Of a DNA stretch of 64,000 nt, positions 18,899 through 29,400 are shown piece after piece. The notes below the pieces were generated by a model that was not told where the DNA came from, did not search any database, and saw nothing but the letters and a program-made list of their open reading frames with translations. How positions within the stretch are numbered: the first letter of the stretch is position 1; the number at the start of each line of letters is the position of its first letter. The translations under genes were made by a program, and so were the position numbers. Source of the DNA: Escherichia coli (GTDB lineage Bacteria; Pseudomonadota; Gammaproteobacteria; Enterobacterales; Enterobacteriaceae); NCBI RefSeq assembly GCF_003790525.1, contig NZ_CP033636.1; one strand, written 5' to 3'.

Positions 18899-19771
18899 AT
18901 GAAACTTTTACGTTTAGTATCTCTGGTCTCTTCTGTCGTCATTGGTTTTTCCCTATCGGGTTGTGCCGGTGACACCGGCACTACGCCAGGCACCGCTCTG
19001 AATGCGTACAGTCACGGCCAGTACTGGCATGCTAAAGCAAATGATTCTGTCGCCAAGAATGCCTATTCGTTTGCTGGTTTCGACGTTAATTTTAAGGAGC
19101 AAGAGGTTACTCCTGGAGGGGATGCCGACAACTTTCTTTCTAAGTATCTCATCAATAGTTCGATGGGCTACGTAACAGGCGGTCTAAAAGGTTTTGGGAT
19201 CATGAGCCTCGGCTCTTTGTACAGTTCTTCTGACGCCGAATACATCCAGGTCAATCAATACCTAGTGTTCGTCCCCAATCCAAAAAAATTGCCTTACAAT
19301 GATGAAAGTTTGGTACGTGAAGGAGCTAAGTATGTTTTTGAGCATACAAAAGCAACTCAGGCCTCATTTGGATACAACCCTGAAAAACAGAAAGCAGCTC
19401 TGGCCACATGTAAAATTGATATGGCAGTCGTCAATAAATGGAGTACCTGTGATCTGCCCTCTAAGCCTGATGCTGATGTTTTCCCTACAGATTCAATGTA
19501 CAGCTTTCAGGCGATTCGCCCCGCAACAGGAACCGAAACTCCTCAGCTAAACCTTCCCGCTGGTGATTACGCTGTAATTCGTTATGTGTTCATCCCATTT
19601 AAAGGAAACGAAACAAGCGCTGATTTTTCGGGTATCATTTTCCGTTCTGATAGCCCAAATACAACAACTCCAGGGGGTGTTGCAGCCTCCATCAACGGAA
19701 AAGATTATTACCTCTTTACCGGTGAATACGGTAAAAAAGGCTTCCCAGAAAAAACATTGAAAGCCAAGTAA
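18899..19771 (+). CDS. putative lipoprotein
   Basis: ORF track 290 aa; signal peptide with lipobox (FSLSGCAG); followed by a bidirectional terminator hairpin. Confidence 0.55.
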   Translation: MKLLRLVSLVSSVVIGFSLSGCAGDTGTTPGTALNAYSHGQYWHAKANDSVAKNAYSFAGFDVNFKEQEVTPGGDADNFLSKYLINSSMGYVTGGLKGFGIMSLGSLYSSSDAEYIQVNQYLVFVPNPKKLPYNDESLVREGAKYVFEHTKATQASFGYNPEKQKAALATCKIDMAVVNKWSTCDLPSKPDADVFPTDSMYSFQAIRPATGTETPQLNLPAGDYAVIRYVFIPFKGNETSADFSGIIFRSDSPNTTTPGGVAASINGKDYYLFTGEYGKKGFPEKTLKAK

Positions 19772-19773
19772 TT

Positions 19774-19799
19774 AAAAAAGGGGCCTAACGGCCCCTTCT
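19774..19799. terminator. bidirectional intrinsic terminator between convergent genes
   Basis: AAAAAAGGGGCC-TAAC-GGCCCCTTCTT hairpin flanked by A-run and T-rich run, between the plus-strand lipoprotein gene and the minus-strand traN-like gene. Confidence 0.6.
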
Positions 19800-22700
19800 T
19801 CAATATTTCGGCAACTGCTTGCCCGTAACCGGATCCAGCGTAGTTGAACCTACCTCACATATGGCCGGTCGAGGTAAATAGCTACAATCTACATTTTCCT
19901 CTTTTATAGCCTGAGCATTTTCTTGTCTGGCCTTTATCATATTTTCTTCACCGCCCATTGCTTCCTTGGTACGTTCTGATGGAAGTTGATAGTTCTCATT
20001 CTGGAATGGTAAGTTTTCCACAATTGATTCTTCGGAGAATTTTGAATATTGATCAGGAACTTCTCCTACCTGAACTGCATCATTAATCCACTCCGTCAGA
20101 TCAATTTTATCGAAATCCAGTTGCTGTATTTGCTTTATTGATAGCCCCACGCAATTAGAGGCGACAGGGTCTATTCCTAATTGCGGATAAGCTTGTTGCA
20201 TAATAACGCGTGACAACATGGAATTATAACAGCACATGTCTGTTGCTTTTTTAACGCATTTCTTTGTGAAACCAACATTCAGATATTTGACGCATCGTTC
20301 CGTATCTAATGTAAAACAGGATTTTTGATTCTTATGAATAGAAGCTTCCATCTCTTTCTGGTCGCATGCTACCAACATTTCTAAAAGCATTTTAGTGACC
20401 TGATAGGCTGTATAAATCCAACCGATCACGTTTAATGCAAGCATAAAGTTTTGAACCGCAGCCGAGAAGACAACCTCTCCTCCGGTAGTAGCAACGTTCT
20501 TAAAGACAAAGTCTCGAACTGTATCTGGTAGCAATTCGTAGGCTTTCTTCATTGCCATCTGCTTAAGCTGACCTATACCGAAGCTGGACATTGTTTCCTG
20601 TGCCAACTGGCCAGCACCTCCTGCCCCTCCAGAAGTTGCGGAAGACCCAACTGCCCTGCTTAGATTACCAGCGACGTTTTCATATACGCTCGTTAAGGAG
20701 CTCGTGACATTGTTCCACATTTGCCCTACTGTTTTACCAGCTGATGCAGTCCACTCACCGACCGCATTGGACATAGAAGCCCATGTACCTGTATCACCGC
20801 CGGTCCATTTTATTAGCTGAGCATTAACTCTGGTCCAGTTAGTGTTTCTGATCATAGATCCGGCAAGCATGATACCTTCAAGTGCTCCTGCGGTTCCCTG
20901 CGGTGCTTCGCAGCAGTCCGTCTTTGCCAGGCCATTTACAAAGCCTACTGAACGACCACACCATTCAGGTTTTCCTTCAAAGACAGAACAGGAATTGGCA
21001 TCGTTAGGGTCTTCGCATTTGGCTTCGCCCTGCATGTACTGAACCATGTTTGAATAAGCCGCAACTTTTCCAAAATCGTTGTTCTCTTCCTTTGGCCCAG
21101 TTTCGCATGTTCCTCCAGAACATGGGATCATGCCAACACAGGCATTTGTAGAAGATTCAACCTCACGAACTACATCCTTACCTCTGTCACAGGTGTATTT
21201 CTGTTCATACATGTAGCAGCTGTTAGTGCCCTCATCGAACCAACCCTCTGCACATGTTTGTTTATCGAGTACACATGCTGCATCATTTTTATAAGAACTA
21301 CATGCATCAGGCATACTCTTAATTTCTTCGTAGTTGTAACAGAGGTCCTTTCCATTAGCGTCTTTCATAATTTTCCCACTGGCGTCATAAGAGCAAATCT
21401 TGTCTTTAGCCAATGGATCACAAAAATAGCCTTCAAGGTTAGTCTTCCAGGTAAGAAAGCCTTTATCGCCTTCATACAGCGGCTTTGCCATAGAAAGCAC
21501 GCTTTCCGGAAGCCGCTTCGTGCCAACATCCATATCTTTAAACCGATCGAAACGGCAGAATGTATTTGGTGTTTGTACAGCATCGTAACAACCAGCTGGT
21601 TCCTGGACGTGCTTATCTTCGAGCTTCATATTTTCAAACGTCAGCTCAACCTCAAAGTACCCTTCACCTCCCCCACCAACCCAGACTCTGGATGCCATTG
21701 TCACTTCACGATCAGGTTCTTCATAAACTGATTTTCTGACCTTTTCAGTTACATCGTATACTTTGTCGAGTTTCCACGATTTTTTTAACTCCCAAGATCC
21801 CTTTGGAGCCGGATAGTCACTTTCTCGATATGCACCATCTATGTGAGCAAAAATCTGCGTGCCATCAAGTGTTACCCGCATGTGGTCATCCCACTCCGCG
21901 TTAACAATCTTTGCTGAGGCCAATTTTGCATCCGGATGGAATTTTAATGTCAGTTCGTTATCAAATACCCCGTCACTCCAGTAGTTGTCATCACGGCGAC
22001 CAAACCATATACGCACACAATTATCGCCGCACATCGACATGTCTCCGTTTCCGCCTGAAATGTATACAGGAACAGAGAAGTCACGAGTTATCGTGCAGCT
22101 GCTGAAGTTATCTTGCTTAGGCGAGTTACAGTAGAACTCTTTGTAATCAGGATAGTGTGTGGTTACTGTTTTTTTGGAGGTCTCAACATTACAGTTCTGA
22201 AGCCAGTTTCCAGTACCAGCAACAGCATTGGTTATCTCATTTCTCCCCGCAGTAAACATGGGATCGTTAGGCTTTACAGACGATGCCGGGTTGTCCTTGT
22301 TAGCATTTACGAGGGTGCGGTAGGCAACGCCATCATAACTTTGAGCATCAAATAACTGGCTTTTCCGATTCTTTATATCGTTAACAAAGCCATCCTCATC
22401 CCCATAACGATCTGCGGCGTTGAACTTTATATCGCTGTGCTTTTGCTCTGAGCTGAAAATCTCTCCCGTATTTGTTTTGGTTCCAGGAGTAGTATTGGGA
22501 TTACTGCTTATACCAATGTTGCCATTAGCATCACGAGAGAGCAGCTTTGCCCCTTCCTTGGTGTAGTTTGAATTGATTGTCCCTCCAGACATACTCGGCA
22601 GTTGTACGGCGCTACCAATAGACTTTCCATCGGATGCGGCATTTTTCATGACACTTTCATTAGAGTTCCCTGCCCCATACTTCCCGAGATTAAGATTAGC

Positions 22701-22988
22701 GGATTCGGCTTTACCCACGTATTTCTCGGTGATCTTCCCACTGACATTCTCGCCTGAATCCGCGTTCTTGTATTTCTCCACAATGTCCTGAGCACTGGTG
22801 GTTGCATTGCGATTTGCGTTAGGATTTGCAAGGTTAAAATTATTTTCGAGCTGGTCAAATATAGCGTCAGCAGCGTAAACACGTGGTGTCATTACCATGT
22901 TTATGAGTGTGACATAAAAAGCCCAACTCATAGTATTGGCAACCATTGATGCAATAATCGCTGAGGTGATTGTTTTTCTAAGTTTCAC
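19800..22988 (-). CDS. traN: TraN-like mating-pair stabilisation protein (large, secreted, cysteine-rich)
   Basis: ORF track 1062 aa; signal peptide; dense conserved-looking cysteine pattern in the C-terminal half including CC pairs; position immediately downstream of traU as in F-type systems. Confidence 0.65.
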   Translation of the reverse strand: MKLRKTITSAIIASMVANTMSWAFYVTLINMVMTPRVYAADAIFDQLENNFNLANPNANRNATTSAQDIVEKYKNADSGENVSGKITEKYVGKAESANLNLGKYGAGNSNESVMKNAASDGKSIGSAVQLPSMSGGTINSNYTKEGAKLLSRDANGNIGISSNPNTTPGTKTNTGEIFSSEQKHSDIKFNAADRYGDEDGFVNDIKNRKSQLFDAQSYDGVAYRTLVNANKDNPASSVKPNDPMFTAGRNEITNAVAGTGNWLQNCNVETSKKTVTTHYPDYKEFYCNSPKQDNFSSCTITRDFSVPVYISGGNGDMSMCGDNCVRIWFGRRDDNYWSDGVFDNELTLKFHPDAKLASAKIVNAEWDDHMRVTLDGTQIFAHIDGAYRESDYPAPKGSWELKKSWKLDKVYDVTEKVRKSVYEEPDREVTMASRVWVGGGGEGYFEVELTFENMKLEDKHVQEPAGCYDAVQTPNTFCRFDRFKDMDVGTKRLPESVLSMAKPLYEGDKGFLTWKTNLEGYFCDPLAKDKICSYDASGKIMKDANGKDLCYNYEEIKSMPDACSSYKNDAACVLDKQTCAEGWFDEGTNSCYMYEQKYTCDRGKDVVREVESSTNACVGMIPCSGGTCETGPKEENNDFGKVAAYSNMVQYMQGEAKCEDPNDANSCSVFEGKPEWCGRSVGFVNGLAKTDCCEAPQGTAGALEGIMLAGSMIRNTNWTRVNAQLIKWTGGDTGTWASMSNAVGEWTASAGKTVGQMWNNVTSSLTSVYENVAGNLSRAVGSSATSGGAGGAGQLAQETMSSFGIGQLKQMAMKKAYELLPDTVRDFVFKNVATTGGEVVFSAAVQNFMLALNVIGWIYTAYQVTKMLLEMLVACDQKEMEASIHKNQKSCFTLDTERCVKYLNVGFTKKCVKKATDMCCYNSMLSRVIMQQAYPQLGIDPVASNCVGLSIKQIQQLDFDKIDLTEWINDAVQVGEVPDQYSKFSEESIVENLPFQNENYQLPSERTKEAMGGEENMIKARQENAQAIKEENVDCSYLPRPAICEVGSTTLDPVTGKQLPKY

Positions 22989-23006
22989 TTATTTTCTCCT
23001 TAGAAA

Positions 23007-24068
23007 TCAAACGCCTGGAACGTAGCGAACACAACAGTCATTGTAACGCCACAACATATAGACATAATTATCGTTGCCTATTTTTTTGCGCCCACCTTTA
23101 AGGGTTGACCAGTCGTGTACCGAATCACCAAGACGATGACAGCAATCCGGTCCCTTCGCCTCAGGAGTAGGGAAAAGCATTGAAAGCCGATACTGGGAAC
23201 GTGGTGTAAAGTATTCCCACGTTTTCTCACACATTGCGTCTGCTCCCATCGTTCGCATCAGCATGCCTTGGCGATGTAGTTTTGTCAGAAGACGCTGGGT
23301 AATCAGTGAACTCGTCCTTACAGCGTCATCATTTGCGTAAATGTGGCCGGTTAATGGGTAAAGGTTGCCATCGCATCCGGCACAAAAGTATGCAGCGAGA
23401 TTATCCTTTCCTGCTGTTACTGCTACACAGTCAGCAGCGCACACCATTGAGGCAATTGGGTTTGCAAAAACTACTGCCTCGGGATTCAGGACGAGTGTAA
23501 GCAGATCACTTTCCCACATAGGGTCCACTTCGCTTATATAGGTCAGGCTGGCATCTATATAGGGTTCAGCAGTGCACTCGCCAATAATCAGTAATTTGAG
23601 CATTGTCATGATTGGGAACTCCCAAAGATGAACATCGTAAAATCCGGCTTCAGTTGCTGTCATTGGCTGATTAGTGTTGCTTTTACCAATATCAAACTGC
23701 GATTTTTGAAGCATCGTGCCTTCAAGAAAGGGGCTGCACCAGGGGCTCTTTACAACTTCTACAATCTTCACCGGCTGAAAGAAGCTCAATTGCCAACCTA
23801 TTTCCGGTACGCCGTTCTGATCTGTGCAGTAGCAACCCGGACGTGAAGGTGCAGCGCCTTCTGGAGCAGCCCCTATGCCCATTATCCTCATGGGAAAAAT
23901 GCAGCTCCAACAGATATTCTTAATCAAGCCCTGCCACACTCCAGCTGACTGACACATAGCCCCAGGGACTCCAGCATCTGCTGCCATAGCCATACCAGGT
24001 ATAGAAAGCGAAAGCATAACTGCTACAATGAACTCTAAAAGTAACTTTTTGAATTTTTTCACCATCAT
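23007..24068 (-). CDS. traU: TraU conjugal transfer protein
   Basis: ORF track gives 23007-24167; product contains ICWSCIFP, LNPEAVVFANPIA and KLHRQGM blocks that I recall as conserved in F-plasmid TraU. A signal peptide begins at the internal Met-Met (MMVKKFKKLLLEF...), so the start is more likely 24068 than 24167. Confidence 0.8.
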   Translation of the reverse strand: MMVKKFKKLLLEFIVAVMLSLSIPGMAMAADAGVPGAMCQSAGVWQGLIKNICWSCIFPMRIMGIGAAPEGAAPSRPGCYCTDQNGVPEIGWQLSFFQPVKIVEVVKSPWCSPFLEGTMLQKSQFDIGKSNTNQPMTATEAGFYDVHLWEFPIMTMLKLLIIGECTAEPYIDASLTYISEVDPMWESDLLTLVLNPEAVVFANPIASMVCAADCVAVTAGKDNLAAYFCAGCDGNLYPLTGHIYANDDAVRTSSLITQRLLTKLHRQGMLMRTMGADAMCEKTWEYFTPRSQYRLSMLFPTPEAKGPDCCHRLGDSVHDWSTLKGGRKKIGNDNYVYMLWRYNDCCVRYVPGV

Positions 24069-24206
24069 GCTCACTTGGATGTAATAAATGTTGCAACACT
24101 TTCGATATAGTCGACGGCTTTGGTAAAATAACTTCTCATCTGGTCCGGATAATTTAGCGTCAGCCATGTTGCAAAGAGAGCGCCTATAATAAATCCGAGT
24201 TTCATA

Positions 24207-25730
24207 TTATTTTTCCTCTGAAAGATTTGGGGCTCCGATTCCACGGACTTCTGCCTCGCTAAACAGGGTGATCCGGAATTTATCTTGGTCAGTAGTTATA
24301 AGCGCAGGTGTATTTTTAATCTGAAAGCGTGAGATAATCTGTTCGTTTACTTTAAACACCTTACCGTTAAATTTTTCACGTAAATCATTTAGGTGATCCC
24401 ATCCATTATCTTTTTGGATACGGGTAAACATTGGCATTACTTTTCCACTACCCAGACGTTGTCGATACTGCTGCTCAGCCCATACCAGCTGGCCCGGATT
24501 GAGTGGATCGAAAATTATCATCGTCAGGTTTTGAGGAAATCTCGAAAGTGGATTAATCAACTCCCCGGCGGAAGCTATTACACGGCCCTGCTTATCTTTT
24601 ACGTCCTGAGTGACCCTCACTGTAGGGTCAATTAAAAATTCTTTGTGTTCCTGGGCAGGAGGGAGATCGACCATCCATTGATTTTTCCAGGTGTCCGCAA
24701 CGGCCCTTTTTTTTGCACCTTCCCAGTCATATTTTTGTGCGCGTTCTTCCAGTTCTTTAATGATGCTCTTTTCTTCAACGGGATAAATCGTACCAGCAAC
24801 AGGAAAAATGTCCTGATCGGGTTTTTTAGCAAGTTCTCGCTGAAAAAACTCAACGTTGAAGGACCCTACCATTTTTGCAAAACGAGCTTGCTCCCGAGAA
24901 ATAATTGTCGGTACTTGAGTTACTTGATACTGACTGAAGCTATCAGGATCAATTGTAATCAAAGGAGATTCAAATTTTCCTTTGACAATCATTTGGTTTA
25001 TTGCTGCCTGTGTCTCTGGTAGCCGAGTAGTTCCTTTCTTTAGACCATTGAAAACTACACGAGCTTTATGCTCTGAGGCCGTACGTAAAAGGTCTTCCAG
25101 TACATAATCCGGTAAGCTAAATGAAGCAAAGATCGTTATACCATTTTCAGTTGATAGTGCTTCTTCACGTGTGCTATCCATTTTTCTTTCGAAGTCAGCA
25201 GCTGTGATGCCCGAGGAACCAAACAATTTTTCGATATTTTTAGATTGTCCTCGCATGACTTCCGGCTTATTTTCCACAGCTTTCAGAGCCGCTTCATTAA
25301 GGCTGGCGTTTTCCTGAATTTCATCACGTCTTCTAATTATATCGTTGACAGCATCAGAGTTATTACTTTGGGCCCTTATAGCCTGGGTATGGTCTATAAC
25401 TGCTTGAACACTATCCGCATTCATACCGGGCACGTAACCACGGTTTGTTTGCCTGCTCAGGTCCTGGTTTTTTTTGAGTGCTTCAGATTGCGCAATGTAC
25501 TTCTGCACATCTGGTGAATTTAGCGTAGCATCAAGGCTAAGAGCCCCATCTGGCTGCTGTGCACCTTTAGCCTGAGCGCCAAGCCCTTTTGCTTGCTGAG
25601 CGATTAGGTCAGCATCATGTTGATACTCAGTGCTTGCATTTGTATTACTTAAAACTGCACATAACGCAAGTCCAGGAAGTATTGGTAAATATTTTTTATT
25701 TACATTAAAAGATCGCATATGTTTTCCCAA
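24207..25730 (-). CDS. traW: TrbC/TraW-like pilus assembly protein (fused two-domain form)
   Basis: ORF track 507 aa; signal peptide; size consistent with a TrbC-TraW fusion seen in non-F MPF-F systems; position between peptidase and traU. Confidence 0.55.
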   Translation of the reverse strand: MGKHMRSFNVNKKYLPILPGLALCAVLSNTNASTEYQHDADLIAQQAKGLGAQAKGAQQPDGALSLDATLNSPDVQKYIAQSEALKKNQDLSRQTNRGYVPGMNADSVQAVIDHTQAIRAQSNNSDAVNDIIRRRDEIQENASLNEAALKAVENKPEVMRGQSKNIEKLFGSSGITAADFERKMDSTREEALSTENGITIFASFSLPDYVLEDLLRTASEHKARVVFNGLKKGTTRLPETQAAINQMIVKGKFESPLITIDPDSFSQYQVTQVPTIISREQARFAKMVGSFNVEFFQRELAKKPDQDIFPVAGTIYPVEEKSIIKELEERAQKYDWEGAKKRAVADTWKNQWMVDLPPAQEHKEFLIDPTVRVTQDVKDKQGRVIASAGELINPLSRFPQNLTMIIFDPLNPGQLVWAEQQYRQRLGSGKVMPMFTRIQKDNGWDHLNDLREKFNGKVFKVNEQIISRFQIKNTPALITTDQDKFRITLFSEAEVRGIGAPNLSEEK

Positions 25731-26217
25731 TTACTGAATTCAGCTTTACTGTTCCCCAAAAACGGGAATCCCATGAGTGATCGGTTTGCCCAATTAGGAA
25801 AACTTCGCCTTCAGGAATTATCAATTCTTTTTCAATCAAAATGGACGGAATACTGTATTTCTTTGAAATACGACGTGCATTAGCTTCAAAAAATTTGTCC
25901 CCGTTATAAACCCCATCCATTGTTACTTTGAGTTTGTCACCGCCCACACCGGCAACAATTTTTATGACTCGTTCATTTTCTGGGATAAAACGAACCGATT
26001 TCGGCATGTTGAAAGCTATGAGTTCACCAGTTTTAATAGTTTTATCCGAATGATCAATCATATAAAAATCAGCAGGCAGGCACCCATTCAATAAACCGTA
26101 TCCAAATGTATAACGGGTGAAAAAGACACACATAACGAGAATCAGCAATAAAATATTAATGGGGACATACCAATCCAGTATAAGCAGCCCTCTCTTTTTA
26201 GGTATGTAGTCGCTCAT
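25705..26217 (-). CDS. TraF-type conjugative signal peptidase (S26 family-like)
   Basis: ORF track 170 aa; N-terminal TM helix; VIKIVAGVGGD and DHSWDSRFWG segments resemble conserved boxes D and E of signal peptidase I family. Confidence 0.6.
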   Translation of the reverse strand: MSDYIPKKRGLLILDWYVPINILLLILVMCVFFTRYTFGYGLLNGCLPADFYMIDHSDKTIKTGELIAFNMPKSVRFIPENERVIKIVAGVGGDKLKVTMDGVYNGDKFFEANARRISKKYSIPSILIEKELIIPEGEVFLIGQTDHSWDSRFWGTVKLNSVIGKTYAIF

Positions 26218-26449
26218 ATTTTTCTCACTAGCACTGAAGAATATTTTTACTAAGTAGATACACCTCTATCCAAGTAACTATTATCCATGTTTTTCAACGC
26301 TCGGAAGTCTGCAAACTAACCTAATATTAACCTATAAGGATGTTAATTTCTCAGCATGTAGACGCAGCCTTGTTAGCGGCCATGAAAGATACCTTTGTAG
26401 CAAAGTTACTTTCCGGTATTAATTTTTCAAAGGTCCAATTGTTGGGCAT

Positions 26450-26482
26450 AAAAAAGCCGGGACAAAATGTCCCGGCTTTATA
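26450..26482 (-). terminator. intrinsic terminator after giant exoprotein gene
   Basis: AGCCGGGACA-AAA-TGTCCCGGCT hairpin flanked by A5 and T-rich run, 15 nt downstream of the 26495 stop. Confidence 0.6.
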
Positions 26483-26494
26483 TTTAAAAATTTA

Positions 26495-29400
26495 TTACTC
26501 ACTGCTTGGTATTGATACAGTGTTTTCAGACTTACTTGCCTCTTCAGCCGGTCCGAAAACTGTCACGTGCTGCGTTGCAAAGTCTCCACTATCATCATAA
26601 GCAATTACTTTTATGTCCTGCTTACCACGGTTAAGGTTTTTAGAAAGTGTAGCCGTACTACCGAAAACGTTCCTTAATTCGCCGTTGATGAACCATTCAT
26701 ATCTAACCATTTTTCCATCAGTATCATCACATTTATTGGTAAAGCTCCAGCTTAGGTTGGTTTCCGTGTAGCTCAATGTACAATTAGGCACTGCGTTTTT
26801 AACGACATCAAACTCAACAGATGCTGAACCTCTCTGTCCAAGTTTACTAACAACATCAATTGTGATCTCGTATTTCTTTTCTTTTAAACCCGAAATCAGT
26901 TGAGCCCAATAATTTTTGCCGCTGGGTATTACCTCACCGTTCACCTTGTATGTGACCGTATCTATCGAGTCCGCCGAATGAGATAGCTTGATGTTTGACC
27001 TTAAGGTTACATCGAGTGGAGCTCTCATATATTTGTTAGAGAACTTGGGTGTCATCTCAACGTTCATTGGCGTTTGTTCATCGACAACAAAGGTATTTTC
27101 GATACGCTGTTCATTGTTGCGGTTATCTTTGAAAACAACCATCAATGTATATTTGCCAGGATTTTCAATTGTAAATTCTTTGGTGTCACCTTCATCTTTA
27201 GTGATTACCAGATTCTCTTTGTCGTAAATCCATTCTCGGGAATAAGTAACACCAGGATAGTCTCCATCCTTAATACCGCTCAACGCAACGCGTAGGGTGG
27301 TCGGTGCCATGTCGTATTTAAGTTTGGAGCTTATTTTCATTTCGGGGAATTTATAAACCCACGATTTGACAGAAACTCTACGGGTAGAAACCGTATTCAC
27401 CTTATTGTCCGCTAACCATGCACTGTATTCAAAAGCAGCATATCCCTGTTTATCCAACATTTGCTCAGTAAGGGTAACAGACAGTGTAGAGCCTTTAAAT
27501 GTCTGGCCATCCGGTGTTTTCCATTCTTCAACTACGTTATTACCATTCTGGTACTTACTGTTAGGGTTCGTGAACTTACCTTCCAAAGTAACTTTTTGAC
27601 CAACCTCTACCTTAGAAACCCCCGTTACCGAGACAGAAAGGCGCTTGGGTTTTGCGGCTGCCAACCGAGCAGACGTTTCCTTCCATGAAGACTCCTCTGC
27701 CAGTTCATCGGAATCAAGGTAACGCATCCGGGCATAAATCGTAGACGGTAGGGTATCAGCTGAAGCCACAGTGTAAGTTGTATCTCCCTGCACCCAGTTG
27801 ACTTTATCCTCTGACCAGAGAACCTCAGCGGTGCCTGCTGGTATAGGCTCATCGTTATCAAGCAGGGTTACAGGTACATCTGAGCCCTGAAGAATGTCTG
27901 TCACATCTATACTGAGCTTAGGCTGCTTGTAGGTAACTACCGTTAAGGCATCTGTGTAGGAAACCTTAGATGTGAATTTATTGGTCATTTTTGCCCTATA
28001 AAGCCACTTTCCTACTTCTGTCTTTTTGATACTTACACTTCTCTTTCCGGTCATGTCGGAAAGCATATTCCAGGTTTGACCATTATCAGAGGACTGCTGC
28101 CATTCGGTGGGGGCAAGTGCGTCAGAGTTAGCAGTACTGGCAGATTTGAAGCTTACCAGAGTACTAAGTGGGATCCTTCCGATAATAAGGCTTTTCGACA
28201 GGTTACCCTCCAGTTCCTCACCTTTATAGATTCGAATGCCTACAGCACTGGTCTCACGTTTCATTTCAAAATCAGAGAATGGCGATCTGACCTTAGCCAC
28301 ACCAACCAGACGCATATTACCCAGATCCATATTTTCAATTTTAATCTTGGTTTCGACAATGCCCGCATCATTGACCGGCAATGCTTCAGTCAGCGCAGTT
28401 CTTTCGTATGTAGTTTTATAACGGCCTGTTTCTGGATCTTTGCCGTATACACTTTTTTGCGAGTATATCGTGACGTCCCATTCTCCCATTGTTTTACGGT
28501 CAAATGCACTTTTACGTGTGGAGTTGTTATAACGCCCCACTGTTACCTTTAAGGGCACTTCAAGAGATGTGGCTGTTTTTCTGTCATCCACTTCCATCGA
28601 TGCTCGAATATTGAAATCAGGCACCGTATATACGTTGAGTGTGTCTGTAGTTCTTAATTCTGGATCCTTTGAGTATTCTACAGCTATGTCAAAGACGTTC
28701 TTTGTCCACAATGGTGCAGCAGCAACCTTAACCCTTTGTACAAAGGTCGTTGCATCGTTGTTTGAGGAACGATTTTTAAATGACGTTTTGACAGCCTCAG
28801 AGCCGTTTTGAGAGACGATCATCGTAACGTCAGCTGGTACCACCTTCGCTAATATTCGAGCGGCCTCCCCCCCGGTCGTATAAGCCAGAGCAGTGTTCGG
28901 ATTGATGCCAGCTATGACTTTATTCTTTTTGTAAGAGATGATCGGGTTGTATGGTAATTGTGTGGTCAGAGTACGGCGATTCCTTGCGGATACCGCTTTA
29001 GAGCCCTTCCCGTTAATCATATAGACTTGATAGTCGAGCAGATTCTCACCTGTTTTATTAAAGAATCCAGTTAGACCCGGGGTACGTCCTTTAAAATAGA
29101 ACTCCAACCCATCAGGGACATTGTTCCACTGAGGGTAGCATGCTGTAACATCTGATTTTTCCCCATACCAGGCGAGGTAAGCATTCGCATTTTCCTCTGT
29201 GGTAAACAGAGTGCATTTATCACCAGCTGTTTGACTAAGCAGGTCCGTATACTGACGTACACGCGAGTAAAGAGTTACGTTTTTTTCCAGATTCTTGAGA
29301 GTGAATCCAGTAGGTTGATAAGTGAAAACGGTACTGAAATTAACGTTTTTTCCATAAAGGTTTTCAGCCACCACAGTAATCTCGTGATCCGAATTAACTG

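Noticed and set aside
21258-21731. 157-aa plus-strand ORF antisense to the traN-like gene
   Set aside because: Fully embedded antisense in a long well-supported gene; no start context.
28076-28552. 158-aa plus-strand ORF antisense to the giant exoprotein gene
   Set aside because: Embedded antisense ORF in a 4.3-kb gene; typical shadow ORF.
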